Source: Alphaproteobacteria bacterium (lineage in GTDB: Bacteria; Pseudomonadota; Alphaproteobacteria; UBA828). Taken from it: 64,000 nt of DNA. Position 1 is the stretch's first letter. Each line of letters opens with the position of its first letter. Made by a program: the position numbers and the translations under genes. Of this stretch, positions 39,440 to 50,323 are shown in pieces. Location of the stretch: positions 128,001 through 192,000 of the forward strand of contig CAXXVO010000015.1 in assembly GCA_963422645.2 (NCBI GenBank), in the 5' to 3' direction. Below the pieces are notes generated by a model. It did not search any database, was not told the DNA's origin, and saw nothing but the letters and a program-made list of their open reading frames with translations.

Positions 39440-39867
39440 TCGTGTCCTACGCCACGCCCGAGGATCTGCGGACGCGCTACGGGTCCGGGGAGCTGGACCG
39501 GCTGCTCGACGAGGGCTGCGACGGCGAGCCCGACAAGGGCCGTGTCGAGATGGCGCTTTCGGACGCCTCGGCCGAGATCGACAGCACGCTGGCGCGGGCC
39601 TTCGGCCTGCCGCTGCCGGCGGGCGGCTATCCGGCGCTCACGGCGATCTGTTGCGACCTGGCGCGCCAGCGGCTCTACGACGACGCGCCGACGGACGCGG
39701 TGAGCAACAAGGCCCGGCGTGCGCGGGCTCTGCTGAAGGCCATTGCCGAGGGCGAGGCGGCGCTGATCGACGCGCAGGGCGGGACCGTCTCCCGCCGCGG
39801 CCCGGCGGCTCCGGCCCATTCCGGGCCTGCGCCGGTCATGACGCCCGAGACCCTGGCGGGGATGTGA
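39436..39867 (+). CDS. Mu gp36-like head-tail adaptor (DUF1320)
   Basis: YAT.EDL..RYG..EL, DASAEID..L, CDLAR.RLY. Confidence 0.85.
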   Translation: MIVSYATPEDLRTRYGSGELDRLLDEGCDGEPDKGRVEMALSDASAEIDSTLARAFGLPLPAGGYPALTAICCDLARQRLYDDAPTDAVSNKARRARALLKAIAEGEAALIDAQGGTVSRRGPAAPAHSGPAPVMTPETLAGM

Positions 39868-39904
39868 TGTCTGCCCTCGGGCAGCGCCGCGGCAGGGCGC
39901 GATA

Positions 39905-40426
39905 ATGTCCGGCGCGGGGGTGCGTGTCGACGTGGAGTACGACGACCGCGAGGTGCGCGCGGCGCTGGTGCGCCTGATCGCGCGCATGGACGACCCGCGC
40001 CCGGTCATGGACGGGATCGGGCAGAAGCTCGTGACCTCGGTCATCGACAGGTTCGAGCGCGAGCAGGAGCCAAACGGGGTGCCGTGGAAGCCCTCGCAGC
40101 GAGCGCTCGAGGAGAGCGGCCGGACGCTGACGGACACCGGGCGGCTCCGGGCCTCGATCACCCATCGCGCCTCGCGCGACGGGGTCGTGGTCGGCACCAA
40201 TGTCGTCTATGCCGCGATCCACCAGTTCGGCGGACGCACGCCGGCGCGCACGATCCGGCCGCTGGGGAAGAAGGCGCTGTTCTGGCCGGGGGCTGCGCAT
40301 CCGGTGAAGAAGGTCGAGCACCCGGGGTCGACGGTCACGGCGCGGCCCTTCCTGGGCGTGAACGGGGGCGACCGCGACGCGATCCTGCGGCTGCTCGGGC
40401 GCCACCTGGCGGGGGCGGTGTCGTGA
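39905..40426 (+). CDS. Phage virion morphogenesis protein (Mu gpG-like)
   Basis: RF..EQ.P.G.PW, L.DTGRL..SI, YAAIHQFGG, ARPFLG. Confidence 0.88.
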   Translation: MSGAGVRVDVEYDDREVRAALVRLIARMDDPRPVMDGIGQKLVTSVIDRFEREQEPNGVPWKPSQRALEESGRTLTDTGRLRASITHRASRDGVVVGTNVVYAAIHQFGGRTPARTIRPLGKKALFWPGAAHPVKKVEHPGSTVTARPFLGVNGGDRDAILRLLGRHLAGAVS

Positions 40427-41007
40427 GCGCTGCGGTGCTCGATATGGATTTCCCGGCCGCCGACGCGGCCGTGGCGCGGTTGCGCGCGCTGTTCACGCGG
40501 AAGGGGCGCGAGGGCCGCGACCTGCCGGAGTGGGCCGACGAATACGTGGCCGCGACCGGCGGCCTGCGCGACGTGCTGGGCCTGCTGGACTGGCCCGGCG
40601 CGGCGAAGGTCCACCCGCCGCTGGCGGGTGTGGCGCCGGTCGAGACGGTCGCAGGCGAGAACCGGGGCGGCGATGCCGGCGCGGTGCAGCTGATGACGGC
40701 GACGATCGCGGTCGCGGTCGTGATCGCAGCGCCCGACGACCCCGGCGGGGCGTCGGCGCGAAACCGGCGCGAGCTGGGCGAGCACCTGGCGGCGACGCGC
40801 GCGGCGCTGATCGGCTGGTGTCCGCCGGAGGCGGGCGAAGACGAGGACGCGGGGCGGCGCTGCGAGCCCCTGAGCTTCCGCTCGGGCCGGCTGCTCGGCA
40901 TCGAGGACGGGCGCATCGCCTGGGAGGACCGCTACGAGACGCGGTACTGGATCGCCGGCGGCGCCGGCCTGACGAGGGAGGGGTGCTGCGATGGCACAGA
41001 CGGCTGA
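40423..41007 (+). CDS. Putative tail terminator/completion protein
   Basis: Position; ALIGW.P...G.L...W.D.Y pattern; GTGA coupling. Confidence 0.6.
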   Translation: MSAAVLDMDFPAADAAVARLRALFTRKGREGRDLPEWADEYVAATGGLRDVLGLLDWPGAAKVHPPLAGVAPVETVAGENRGGDAGAVQLMTATIAVAVVIAAPDDPGGASARNRRELGEHLAATRAALIGWCPPEAGEDEDAGRRCEPLSFRSGRLLGIEDGRIAWEDRYETRYWIAGGAGLTREGCCDGTDG

Positions 41008-41818
41008 CGCGGGAGGGAACACGCTGATCCTGGGAGGCGGCAGGCTCTACGTCGCCGAACTCCGGGACGGCGGCCAGGGCGAGCTGCGTTATCTGGGGGC
41101 TTCGCCCGGGGCCAGCCTGAGCATCGAGCAGCAGCGGCTGACGGTGATGGACCCTGACGGGCCCGACCCGGCCGCGAAGCTCGCGGACATCGTGACCGAC
41201 ACGACGCGCACGCTCTCGATGACGCTGAACGACATCAGCGCCGGGAACATCGCGCTCTTCCTGTCGGGCGCGACCGACGAGGCGGGAGCGAACGAGGTTA
41301 CCGAGCTGATCTCGCCGGCGGTCAGGGACGCCTGGTATCAGCTCGGCACGGGGCGCAAGGCCGACGGCACGGCCCTCGACATCGCCGGGCCGATCCTCAG
41401 GGTCGGGTCCGTCAAGGAGGCGCTCAAGGGCGCGACGGCGGTCGACAAGGTCGCGTACGGGTCGGACGGCCGCAAGGAGAAGTACGTCGTCGACGAGGCC
41501 CACGGGCGCGTGAAGGTGGTCGGCGACACCGGCGCCGGCGCCCTGATCCACGGCGACCCGGCCGCGTTCCGGCTTGTCTACACACCGGTCGCCGGCCACG
41601 CCGTGGCCGCGGCGTCGCGCGAGATCAAGGTTGCGCTGCGCTACCAGGAGAGCCGGCCGATGCGCGGCGGTATCGGCAAGGCGCGGCACCTCTACAGCGA
41701 CTGCGTCTCGATCCGCCCGGGCGGCGAGTGGGCGCTCAAGAGCGAGGGCCAGGTCCAGCAGCTCCCGCTCGTCGCCGAGGTCCTCGGCGGCCTGTGGGTC
41801 TATGCGGAGGGCGAGTGA
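40991..41818 (+). CDS. Tail tube protein (non-contractile type)
   Basis: LG.GRLY...RYLG, P.GE.ALK motifs; no sheath gene nearby. Confidence 0.7.
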   Translation: MAQTADAGGNTLILGGGRLYVAELRDGGQGELRYLGASPGASLSIEQQRLTVMDPDGPDPAAKLADIVTDTTRTLSMTLNDISAGNIALFLSGATDEAGANEVTELISPAVRDAWYQLGTGRKADGTALDIAGPILRVGSVKEALKGATAVDKVAYGSDGRKEKYVVDEAHGRVKVVGDTGAGALIHGDPAAFRLVYTPVAGHAVAAASREIKVALRYQESRPMRGGIGKARHLYSDCVSIRPGGEWALKSEGQVQQLPLVAEVLGGLWVYAEGE

Positions 41819-42477
41819 TGGCGCGCAAGGCCGGGGCAACTCCCAAGCCCGGGGCGGACGGCGAGGCGGCAGCGGAAGCCGGGGCCGGCACGGCGGACGA
41901 CGAGCTGAAGGTGCTGTTCCCCGACGTCGAGATCGAGGTCCGGGACCCTGACACGGGCGAGCCCGTCGTTCTCACGGTGCGCGAGTTCCGCTTCCGCGAG
42001 GGGCTGGAGGCGGCGGCGCTGGCGCGGCCGCTGATCGCGGCGCTGGAGGCGCTGGTGCCGGAGGACGCGGAGACGGCGCTGCCCGACCCCGCGGCGCTCG
42101 ACGCCGCCCTGGGCGCGCATGCCGATCTCTGGCTTGAACTGGTGGCCCGCGCGTGCGGGCGCGATGCGGCCTGGCTCGCGCGGCTCGGCGACGGCGACGC
42201 TCACGCTGTTACCCTGGCGATGTGGGGGGCGAACGGGGGTTTTTTTTGTGCGCCGCGTCGTGGGCGCCGTCGCGGCGCGGGCGGAGACGGCGCGCCTGTT
42301 CCGCTCTCCCGCGTCCTTGGCGACCTCGCCGCCGCCGGCCACGGGCGCGGGCACGCCGGGCTCTGCGAGACACTGACATGGCGGCAGATGGAGCTGTTCT
42401 GGCGGCGCGCCGGGGAACGGCGCGCGGAGGAGCTGGAGGCGCTCGCCGCCGGCCTCGGGGTCAGGCTGTCAGGATGA
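41818..42477 (+). CDS. Tail assembly chaperone with slippery GGGGGT(8) site
   Basis: DELKVLFPD, TVREF.F.EGL, W.ANGGFF; lies directly before the tape measure gene. Confidence 0.7.
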   Translation: MARKAGATPKPGADGEAAAEAGAGTADDELKVLFPDVEIEVRDPDTGEPVVLTVREFRFREGLEAAALARPLIAALEALVPEDAETALPDPAALDAALGAHADLWLELVARACGRDAAWLARLGDGDAHAVTLAMWGANGGFFCAPRRGRRRGAGGDGAPVPLSRVLGDLAAAGHGRGHAGLCETLTWRQMELFWRRAGERRAEELEALAAGLGVRLSG

Positions 42478-42641
42478 GCACTGCGAACAGAACGGCGAGC
42501 CGGCAGGCCGCCGCGGCGCAGTCCCCTGCGACGCGCCCGATCAGGGCGTCGATCCCGTCTGCCCGGTGCATGGCCGCGAGTATGCGGCGCGGGGCGGCCG
42601 GTCGCAACGCCGCGGCGGATATCATGGCGGGAGCGCGCTAG

Positions 42642-43072
42642 ATGGCGCGCGATCTCGAGCTTGCGCTGCGCGTCCGCGCCGACCTGGAGCAGGCGGTGCG
42701 CGGCATGAAGCGGCTGGAGGGCCGTCTCGGCGGGACTGCCCGCCAGGGCGGCCGCGCGGCTGCGAGCATGCGTGCGATGGGCGCCGCCGCCGAGCGCGCG
42801 CGGCGGGGCGTCTTCTCGCTGCGCGGCGTTCTGGTCGGGCTCGGCCTGGCGGGCGCCATGCGCGGTATCGCGCGGGCGACGATCCGCCAGGAGCAGGCGA
42901 TCGCGCAGGTGGAGCGCGGCATCCGCAACCTCGGCGAGGCCACGGAGCTCACGACCGGGGACCTGCGCCGGATGGCGGCGGAGCTTCAGCAGGTCACGAC
43001 CTTCGGCGACGAGGCGATCCTGGAGATGCAGTCGCTGCTGCTGACCTTCCGCGAGCTCGGCGCCGCCGGGCC
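42642..43072 (+). pseudogene. Tape measure protein, N-terminal fragment cut by IS21
   Basis: LELALRVRAD start, helical A/G-rich sequence, A.ELQ..T.FGDE.I. Confidence 0.8.
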
Positions 43073-43179
43073 TGTTGTTAAGCGTGGAAAAGTGACCCCC
43101 TATTGGGGGTGATCGGCGTCCAAAATTGACCCCCTTGGATTTGTGTCCATGAACACACCTCGTCGTTTGGACGGACGGG

Positions 43180-44706
43180 GTGGTGGGGGAGATGCTGGTT
43201 GTGGAAACGATCGCGAAGATCCGTCGGGATCATCTGGTGAAGGGCGTTCCGATCAAGAAGCTCGCCCGGGATTTGAGGGTTTCCAAGAACACGATACGCA
43301 AGGTGGTGCGGGGCGATGCGACCTCGCACAGCTACGAGCGCAAGATCCAGCCGATGCCGAAGCTTGGGCTGTGGGTGGAGGAGCTTGAGCGCCAGCTGAA
43401 GGCCAACGAGAAGAAGGCACGCAAGGATCGGCTGTCTCTTCTGCGGATTCATGAAGACCTTGTGTCGCTGGGCTACAAGGGCGGCTATGACGCGGTTCGC
43501 CGCTATGCCAGGGCCTGGCGGCGCCGGTGGCGGCTGTTGTCGCCGGCGCAGGCCTATGTGCCGCTGATCTTCGATCCCGGCGAGGCCTACCAGTTCGACT
43601 GGAGCCACGAGTACGCGCGTCTGTCGGGCGCGACGACCAGGGTGAAGGCGGCGCACATGCGGCTGTGCCACAGCCGGATGTATCTGGTCCAGATCTTTCC
43701 CCGCGAGAGCCAGGAGATGGTCTTCGAGGCGCACGAGCGTGCCTTCCGCTTCTTCGGCGGGGTCTGCCGGCGGGGCATCTACGACAACATGAAGACGGCG
43801 GTGAGCACGATCTTCGTGGGCAAGAAGCGGGACTACAACCGCCGCTTCCAGGAGCTGTGCTCGCACCATCTGGTGGAGCCTGTGGCGTGCACGCCAGGGG
43901 CTGGCTGGGAGAAGGGGCAGGTCGAGAAGCAGGTGGGTGACCTTCGCGGCCGCCTGTTCGTGCCCATCCCGCGGGGCCGCTCCTACGCCGAGATCAACGA
44001 GTGGCTGATGGATCGGTGCATCGAGGACGCCAAGAAGCATCCGCATCCGACAATCCCGGGCAAGACGGTGTGGCAGGTGTTCGAGGAGGAGCAGCCCTTC
44101 CTGATGGCGTATCGCGGCCCCTTCGACGGCTTCCATGCCAGCGAGGTGTCGGTCTCGAAGACCTGTCTGGTGCGCTTCGACAACAACCAGTACAGCGTCG
44201 CGGCCCGCGCCGTCGGCCGGCCGGTGGACGTGCGGGCCTATGCCGATCGGATCGTCATCCGCCAGGACGGCGAGACCGTTGCCGAGCACCCCCGCAGCTT
44301 CGGGCGCGGCCGGTTCGTCTACGATCCGTGGCATTACGTGCCGATCCTGACGCGGAAGCCCGGCGCGCTACGCAATGGCGCGCCCTTCAAGGACTGGCAG
44401 TTGCCCAACGCGCTCGGCCGCCTGCGAACCCGGCTCGCGGGCCACGACGACGGCGACCGGCAGTTCGTCAAGGTGCTCGCGGCGGTGCTGGAGGACGGAC
44501 TGGAGGCGGTTGAGGCGGCCTGTGCCGAGACGCTCGACTGCGGTGCCTGCAGCGCCGACGTGGTGCTCAACATCCTCGCCCGGCAGCGCCAGCCGGCACC
44601 GCCGGCAATCATCCCGACGCCCGAGGGCCTGCAGCTTCGCCACAAGCCGGTAGCCGACTGTCAGCGCTACGACAGCCTGAGGGAGGCCGGTCATGGAGCG
44701 TCATGA
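43180..44706 (+). CDS. istA: IS21 transposase
   Basis: Identical protein to 28280-29806. Confidence 0.95.
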   Translation: MVGEMLVVETIAKIRRDHLVKGVPIKKLARDLRVSKNTIRKVVRGDATSHSYERKIQPMPKLGLWVEELERQLKANEKKARKDRLSLLRIHEDLVSLGYKGGYDAVRRYARAWRRRWRLLSPAQAYVPLIFDPGEAYQFDWSHEYARLSGATTRVKAAHMRLCHSRMYLVQIFPRESQEMVFEAHERAFRFFGGVCRRGIYDNMKTAVSTIFVGKKRDYNRRFQELCSHHLVEPVACTPGAGWEKGQVEKQVGDLRGRLFVPIPRGRSYAEINEWLMDRCIEDAKKHPHPTIPGKTVWQVFEEEQPFLMAYRGPFDGFHASEVSVSKTCLVRFDNNQYSVAARAVGRPVDVRAYADRIVIRQDGETVAEHPRSFGRGRFVYDPWHYVPILTRKPGALRNGAPFKDWQLPNALGRLRTRLAGHDDGDRQFVKVLAAVLEDGLEAVEAACAETLDCGACSADVVLNILARQRQPAPPAIIPTPEGLQLRHKPVADCQRYDSLREAGHGAS

Positions 44707-45421
44707 TGTGCTGGAGATGATGACCCAGCTGAAGCTCGCAGGTATGCGCGCCGCTTACGACGACATCCTTGCCGACGGGCTCAAGCGCCGCCATCCGGTG
44801 CAACAGATCATCGGTACGCTGCTGCAGGTCGAGATCGCCGACAAGAGGGCCCGCTCGATCAAGTACCAGATGGCCTCCGCCAAGCTGCCGACGGTCAAGG
44901 AGCTGGCCGACTTCGACTTCGCCGCCTCGCCGGTCAACGAGCCCCTGATCCAGGAGCTCGCCGGCGGCGGCTTCCTCGAGGGCAAACGCAACATCGTGCT
45001 GGTCGGCGGCACCGGTACCGGCAAGACCCATCTCGCCGTCGCCATCGCGCGGTCCTGCATCCGCAAGGGCGCGCGCGGCCGGTGCTACAACGTCGTCGAC
45101 CTGGTCAACCTCCTCGAGGCCGAGCTTCGCGCCGGACGCCAGGGCCGCACTGCAGACCAGCTCGTCCGCCGCGACTTCGTCATCCTCGACGAGCTCGGCT
45201 ACCTGCCCTTCGCCCAGGCCGGTGGGCAGCTGCTCTTCCATCTGATGAGCCGGCTCTACGAGCGCACCTCGATCGTCATCACCACAAACCTCGCCTTCGG
45301 CGAATGGCCATCCGTCTTCGGCGACCCCAAGATGACCACAGCGCTGCTCGATCGCCTCACCCATCATTGCGAGATCATCGAGACCGGCAACGAGAGCTGG
45401 CGCTTCAAGAACCGCTCCTGA
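44693..45421 (+). CDS. istB: IS21 helper ATPase
   Basis: Identical protein to 27565-28293. Confidence 0.95.
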   Translation: MERHDVLEMMTQLKLAGMRAAYDDILADGLKRRHPVQQIIGTLLQVEIADKRARSIKYQMASAKLPTVKELADFDFAASPVNEPLIQELAGGGFLEGKRNIVLVGGTGTGKTHLAVAIARSCIRKGARGRCYNVVDLVNLLEAELRAGRQGRTADQLVRRDFVILDELGYLPFAQAGGQLLFHLMSRLYERTSIVITTNLAFGEWPSVFGDPKMTTALLDRLTHHCEIIETGNESWRFKNRS

Positions 45422-45623
45422 CCCGCCGCCGGCCTCCCTTGCGGCCCGGTTGCCCCGGTGGGCCAACAGGGACCCCCCACGCGGCTTCGCTCCGCGTAGC
45501 GCAGGGCGCCACACGAAGCCGCGCGGGTCCCCCCTATTGGCTACCGGGACAACCTCCGCCGTGCCACTCAGGGGGGTCAATTTTGCACGCCGATCGGGGG
45601 TCAGTATTGAAAGCCGATTGACA

Positions 45624-46356
45624 TTCCTGCTCGCCGCCTTCTCGGTGGTCGCCGTCCCCGCCTGGCGCGTATGGGAGCGCACCACCGGCTACGAGTGGTA
45701 CGCCGCCGCCATGGTCACCGTCGCTGAGGCCAAGCTCGGGCTCGGCTACCAGCGCACCTCGCGCCAGGAGGTGCGCCAGCCCGACGGCAGCACCGTCGTC
45801 TCCTTACTCCCCGACATCGCCTCTTCCCCCCGGGCGCTCGCCATGCGCGAGAAGGTCCGCGACGAGGTGTTCGCGGGCGCGCTCCTCGGGGCCAAGGCGT
45901 CGCTCGCCGCGATGGCGCTCTTCCTCGCGCTGTTCTGGATCCGTGGGCGGCAGTTGCAAGCCCGGCGCCGCATCCGGGGCGCGGAGCTCGCCACCGTCGG
46001 TCAGCTCCGCCGGCGCATCCGACCGCTTCACCGGCGCGCGCTCGGGGTCGTGTTCTCGAACCTGAAACACCCGCCCTACCGGATCGCCGGCGTGCCCTGG
46101 CCCGAGCGCGCCGAGACCCAGCACACCATCGTCTCCGGCACCACCGGCTCGGGCAAGACCGTGCTCATCTCCGACCTCGTCGACCAGATCCGAAAGCGTG
46201 GCGAGCGCTGCGTCGTCTACGACAAGATGGGGAGCTACACCCGCGCGTTCTACGACCCCGCGCGGGACGTGCTGCTCAACCCGCTCGACGCCCGGAGCCC
46301 GCGCTGGTCGCCCTTCTTCGAGGCGCGCAGCCCCCGCGACTTCGACACCATGGCGC
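45624..46356 (+). pseudogene. traD: Type IV coupling protein (TraD/TrwB-like) internal fragment
   Basis: RRIRGAEL, ETQH..VSGTTGSGKT, YDKMGSY, LNPLDARS..W; truncated at both ends. Confidence 0.85.
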
Positions 46357-46476
46357 GCACCTGCGGTGCTAACGTACTGACATAGCATTGCTTGTTTCCT
46401 CCTGTTCTGGCCGGAATACACGGAATTCCTCCGTGATTTTGCCCCGGCTGCAACGCAAGGTGCAGGAGGAATATCA

Positions 46477-47601
46477 ATGGCGACGCTTCGCCTCAATCAA
46501 CGCCGCGTCGACGCACTCAAGCCCCGCAAGTCCGCCTACGACGTGCGCGACCTCGATCTCAAGGGCTTCGGCGTAAGGGTTCTGCCCTCGGGCGCCAAGC
46601 GCTACTTCGTCCATACCCAGCACCAGGGCCGGCGGGTCTGGAAGATCGTCGGCCAGGCCGGAGTCATCAGCGCCGACGAGGCCCGCGACCGGGCCAGGAC
46701 TCTGGTGGCCTCGGTCCGCAAGGGCAACGGCGGCGAAGCCGCGGCGGCGCCGGACATCCCGTTCGAGACGGTCGCCGATGAAGTCTTCCGCGGCTACGCC
46801 CGAAACTGGAAGCCGTCGACGCTCAAGGTCAACCGGTACTACTACCGCAACCAGATCCTGCCCTGCTTCGAAGGGCGCCCCATCGCCGACATCACCGCCA
46901 CCGACATCCGGCGCTGGTTCGCGCGCCTTCACGAGACCCCGGTGGCGGCCGACCGCTCGGCTCCCATCCTCTCGGTGATCATGCGCCAGGCCGAGGTCTA
47001 CGGCTACCGGCCGGAGGGAACCAATCCGTGCGCGGGCATCAGGCGATACCGTCGCCAGGGGCGGGAGCGCTTCCTGTCAGCGGCGGAGATACGCCGGCTG
47101 GGCGAAGTGTTGGCACGCCACGAGGCCGACCACCCGCAGTCCGTGACGATCATACGGTTGCTGCTGCTCACTGGATGCCGAAAAGGGGAAATCGTCTCCC
47201 TGAAATGGCGCTACTACCGCGAGGGCAAGCTGTTCCTGCCCGACAGCAAGGTCGGGCCGCGCACGGTCTGGCTCTCGTCCGCCGCACGCGCCATCCTCGA
47301 CGACCTGCCCCGTGAGAAGCCCTGGATCTTTCCCTCGCCGCGAACAGACGGTTTCCTGCATGCCGAGACGGTTAGCAAGGTCTGGCAACGCATGCGGGCG
47401 GAAGCGGACCTGTGTGATGTCCGCCTTCACGATTGCCGACATACCTACGCCAGCATGGCCCTGGCGCAAGGCGAGACGGTGCTGACTATCGGCCGCCTGC
47501 TCGGGCACCGCGATCCGGCAACCACGCTGAAATACACGCATCTATCCGACGTCCTGGTGCGCGAAGCTGTCGACACAGTCGGCGCTGCGCTGGAGGGTTG
47601 A
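46477..47601 (+). CDS. Tyrosine integrase with arm-DNA-binding domain (int 1)
   Basis: GFGVRV.PSG.K; LLTGCRKGE, SK, RLHDCRH, LGH...TLKY. Confidence 0.92.
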   Translation: MATLRLNQRRVDALKPRKSAYDVRDLDLKGFGVRVLPSGAKRYFVHTQHQGRRVWKIVGQAGVISADEARDRARTLVASVRKGNGGEAAAAPDIPFETVADEVFRGYARNWKPSTLKVNRYYYRNQILPCFEGRPIADITATDIRRWFARLHETPVAADRSAPILSVIMRQAEVYGYRPEGTNPCAGIRRYRRQGRERFLSAAEIRRLGEVLARHEADHPQSVTIIRLLLLTGCRKGEIVSLKWRYYREGKLFLPDSKVGPRTVWLSSAARAILDDLPREKPWIFPSPRTDGFLHAETVSKVWQRMRAEADLCDVRLHDCRHTYASMALAQGETVLTIGRLLGHRDPATTLKYTHLSDVLVREAVDTVGAALEG

Positions 47602-48107
47602 CCCATGGCCGCGAAGAGGCGGCGTCTGACGGACGCCAACGTGGCGAAGCTGGCGCCGGCGGCCCACGAGTACACGGTCTGGGACACCCGCTTTGCGGGT
47701 CTCGGTGTGCGCGTGCGGCCTTCGGGTCACAAGAGCTTCGTGTATTACCGGAAGGGCGAAGACGGCGTGCGCCGAATCACGCTCGGGCCTGTGGCGCTGA
47801 CGAGCGTCGAGGAGGCGCGTGCCGAGTGTCTCGAAATCGAAACCGCGCCGCCCGCCGGCAGGCCGGAACGGGACGCGGTCCCGACCTTTGCGGAATTCGT
47901 CGCGGGTCCGGCGAACGCGTGTTTTGCCCGCTGCAAGCCGTCGACGAAAGAGACCGTGCGCCTGGCCTTGAGCGCACACCTGCTTCCGGCCTTCGGTTCC
48001 TCGCCGCTGGACCGGATCACCCGTGCCTGTGTCAACCGCTGGTTCGACGAGTACAGCAGGATCGCGCCCGGCGGCGCCAATCGCAAGCTGGACTTGCTCT
48101 GTCGCAT

Positions 48108-49432
48108 CACTAGTGTCCCAAGAAAATTGGAGAGACCCTTGTTAAGTTATTGACAAAGCGCGATTAAGCGCCATTTCGCGCTGTTACCGACTTGAAGTGG
48201 CCGGCGCGAGTGCCGAGGCTGGGTTCTCCGATCCAGAGGGAGCCCGGTCATGTCCACGGGACAACTTGTCTTCTCGCAGGTGATGGACCATCTGCCCCTG
48301 CATTCGTTCCGCAAATGCGTCGAACAATACGATGGTAATCGGTACGTCAAATCGTTCTCATGCCTGAGCCAGTTTTTCTGCATGGCCTTCGCACAATTGT
48401 CCTATCGAGAAAGCCTGCGCGACATCGAGATTTGTCTGCGTGCCCAGAATAACAAGCTTTATCACATGGGAATTCGGGGACCGGTCTCGCGCAACACTTT
48501 AGCGAACGCCAACGCGCAACGCGACTGGCGCATCTATGCCGAGTTCGCCCAGGAACTGATCGACATCGCACGCCCACTCTATGCCGGCGAGGACCTCGGT
48601 CTTCAACTCGACAATACCGTGTACGCTCTCGACGCGTCGACCATCGATCTGTGCCTGTCGGTCTTCCCCTGGGCTCTGTTCCGCTCAACCAAGTCGGCCG
48701 TCAAGCTTCACACTCTCCTTGACTTGCAGGGCAGTATCCCGGCCTTCATTCACATCTCCGACGGCAAGCTCGGCGATGTGAATGTCCTGGACATCATCAT
48801 TCCGGAGCCCGGCGCCTTCTACATCATGGATCGCGCCTACCTCGACTTCAAGCGCCTCAACGCCCTGGATATGGCGGGAAGCTTCTTCGTCATCCGCGCA
48901 AAGGCCAACACGAAATACCGGCGCCAATACTCCCGTACCGTCGACAAAGACGCCGGACTGCGTTGCGATCAAACCATCGTCCTGACCGGAAAGGCGAGCA
49001 AAAGCCGCTACCCAAAGCCGCTCCGCAGGGTCGGCTACAAGGATACTGAAACCAACAAGACCTTCAACTTCCTGACCAACAACTTCGCTGTTCCGCCCCT
49101 CACCGTCGCAGAGCTCTACCGCTATCGCTGGCAGGTCGAACTCTTCTTCAAATGGATCAAGCAAAACCTCCGCATCAAGGCCTTCTTCGGCACCTCCGAA
49201 AATGCCGTAAAGACCCAAATCTGGATCGCAGTCTCCGTCTACGTCCTGATTGCCATCATCAAGAAGAGGTTGAGACTCGATGCCAGCCTCTACACAATTC
49301 TACAGACCCTGAGCCTCACCCTGTTCGAAAAAATCCCGCTCAATGCGCTACTTACGCATAAGGCACTCCCGGTGGGCCAGAGCCGCGAAGATAAGCAACT
49401 GATTCTATTGTAGTTTTAATGGGACACTAGTG
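48108..49432 (+). mobile_element. IS4-family element (1325 bp)
   Basis: IRs CACTAGTGTCCCA; 9-bp TSD CTGTCGCAT at 48099-48107 and 49433-49441. Confidence 0.95.
48250..49413 (+). CDS. IS4-family transposase (DUF4372-type N-terminus)
   Basis: LDASTI, MDRAY, YRYRWQVELFFKWIKQ. Confidence 0.93.
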   Translation: MSTGQLVFSQVMDHLPLHSFRKCVEQYDGNRYVKSFSCLSQFFCMAFAQLSYRESLRDIEICLRAQNNKLYHMGIRGPVSRNTLANANAQRDWRIYAEFAQELIDIARPLYAGEDLGLQLDNTVYALDASTIDLCLSVFPWALFRSTKSAVKLHTLLDLQGSIPAFIHISDGKLGDVNVLDIIIPEPGAFYIMDRAYLDFKRLNALDMAGSFFVIRAKANTKYRRQYSRTVDKDAGLRCDQTIVLTGKASKSRYPKPLRRVGYKDTETNKTFNFLTNNFAVPPLTVAELYRYRWQVELFFKWIKQNLRIKAFFGTSENAVKTQIWIAVSVYVLIAIIKKRLRLDASLYTILQTLSLTLFEKIPLNALLTHKALPVGQSREDKQLILL

Positions 49433-50323
49433 CTGTCGCATATTGAACCACGCGGTTGCGAGCGGCCATCTCCAGATGAACCCGGCGCGGGGCATCAAGC
49501 GGAACCCCCGCCCGAAACTCACACGCTTCCTCTCGCGCGAGGAAGTCCGCCGCCTTCATCGCGAGCTGGACCGTCATGCAGGAGACCGGCCGTCGCGCGC
49601 CCGGCAGGCGGACATCATTCGCCTTCTGTTGCTGACCGGCTGCCGGAAGAGTGAGATCCGTACACTGCGCTGGCGGGATGTGGACGGGCAAGTACTCAAT
49701 TTGAGGGACGCCAAGACCGGACCGAGACAGGTCATTCTAAGCGCGCCGGCCCGCGCCATCGTGCAACGGCAGCCGCGATCGGAAAGTGCCTACGTTTTCC
49801 CCTCACCGTCGAATCCGGACCGGCCGCTCTCTCGCAACCTGTCGCTCTGGCTTTCGGTGCGCAAGGAGGCCGGGATCGAGGATGTGCGCCTTCATGACCT
49901 TCGCCACACGTTTGCGAGCCACGCCGTGCTGCAGGGAGTCCCGTTGCCGGTGGTCTCCCGCCTGCTCGGCCACAGGCATCCGAGCATGACGCTGCGCTAC
50001 GCTCATGTCGGCGACCGGGAGACCGAGGCGGCGGCGGAACGCATCGGCGCTTCCATCGCGCGGGAATTGGATGGTAGTATGGCCAGCACAACAGGCGACT
50101 GACTCAAAGCACTCGTGTCCGCGCCGTCAACGCATTTCAAAGAGGCTAGGGTCGAGAGAACCCGGATAACCTCGTGTAGTGGCGATGCAGATAGCACTGA
50201 AGAAGGTCGGCGATAATGGTTGGTGGGCCACCCGCCGTCGCCGGGTTTCCTCAGGCAGGAACAGGGCGCATACAGTGCAGCGCATACTATTGATTCCCAC
50301 GATGTGCTTGACCGATACGCCAG

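Larger units (their letters stand above)
29914..43072. mobile_element. Mu-like (transposable) prophage remnant, truncated at both ends by IS21
   Basis: Leftward early genes, central repressor, rightward protease-capsid-connector-tail tube-chaperone-tape measure genes. Confidence 0.85.
43073..45623 (+). mobile_element. IS21-family element, copy 2 (2551 bp), inverted relative to copy 1
   Basis: Same length and identical translated ORFs; no TSD. Confidence 0.93.
47605..50102 (+). pseudogene. Second tandem tyrosine integrase, interrupted by IS4
   Basis: ...LDLLCRI/LNHAV... rejoins in frame; LTGCRKSE, RLHDLRH, LGH...TLRY. Confidence 0.9.

Noticed and set aside
42460-42625. Small minus-strand hydrophobic ORF between chaperone and tape measure
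   Set aside because: Under 60 aa, with no clear RBS or recognisable family
50103-50323. Possible CRISPR array or leader upstream of cmr1
   Set aside because: No repeated 25-40-bp unit visible
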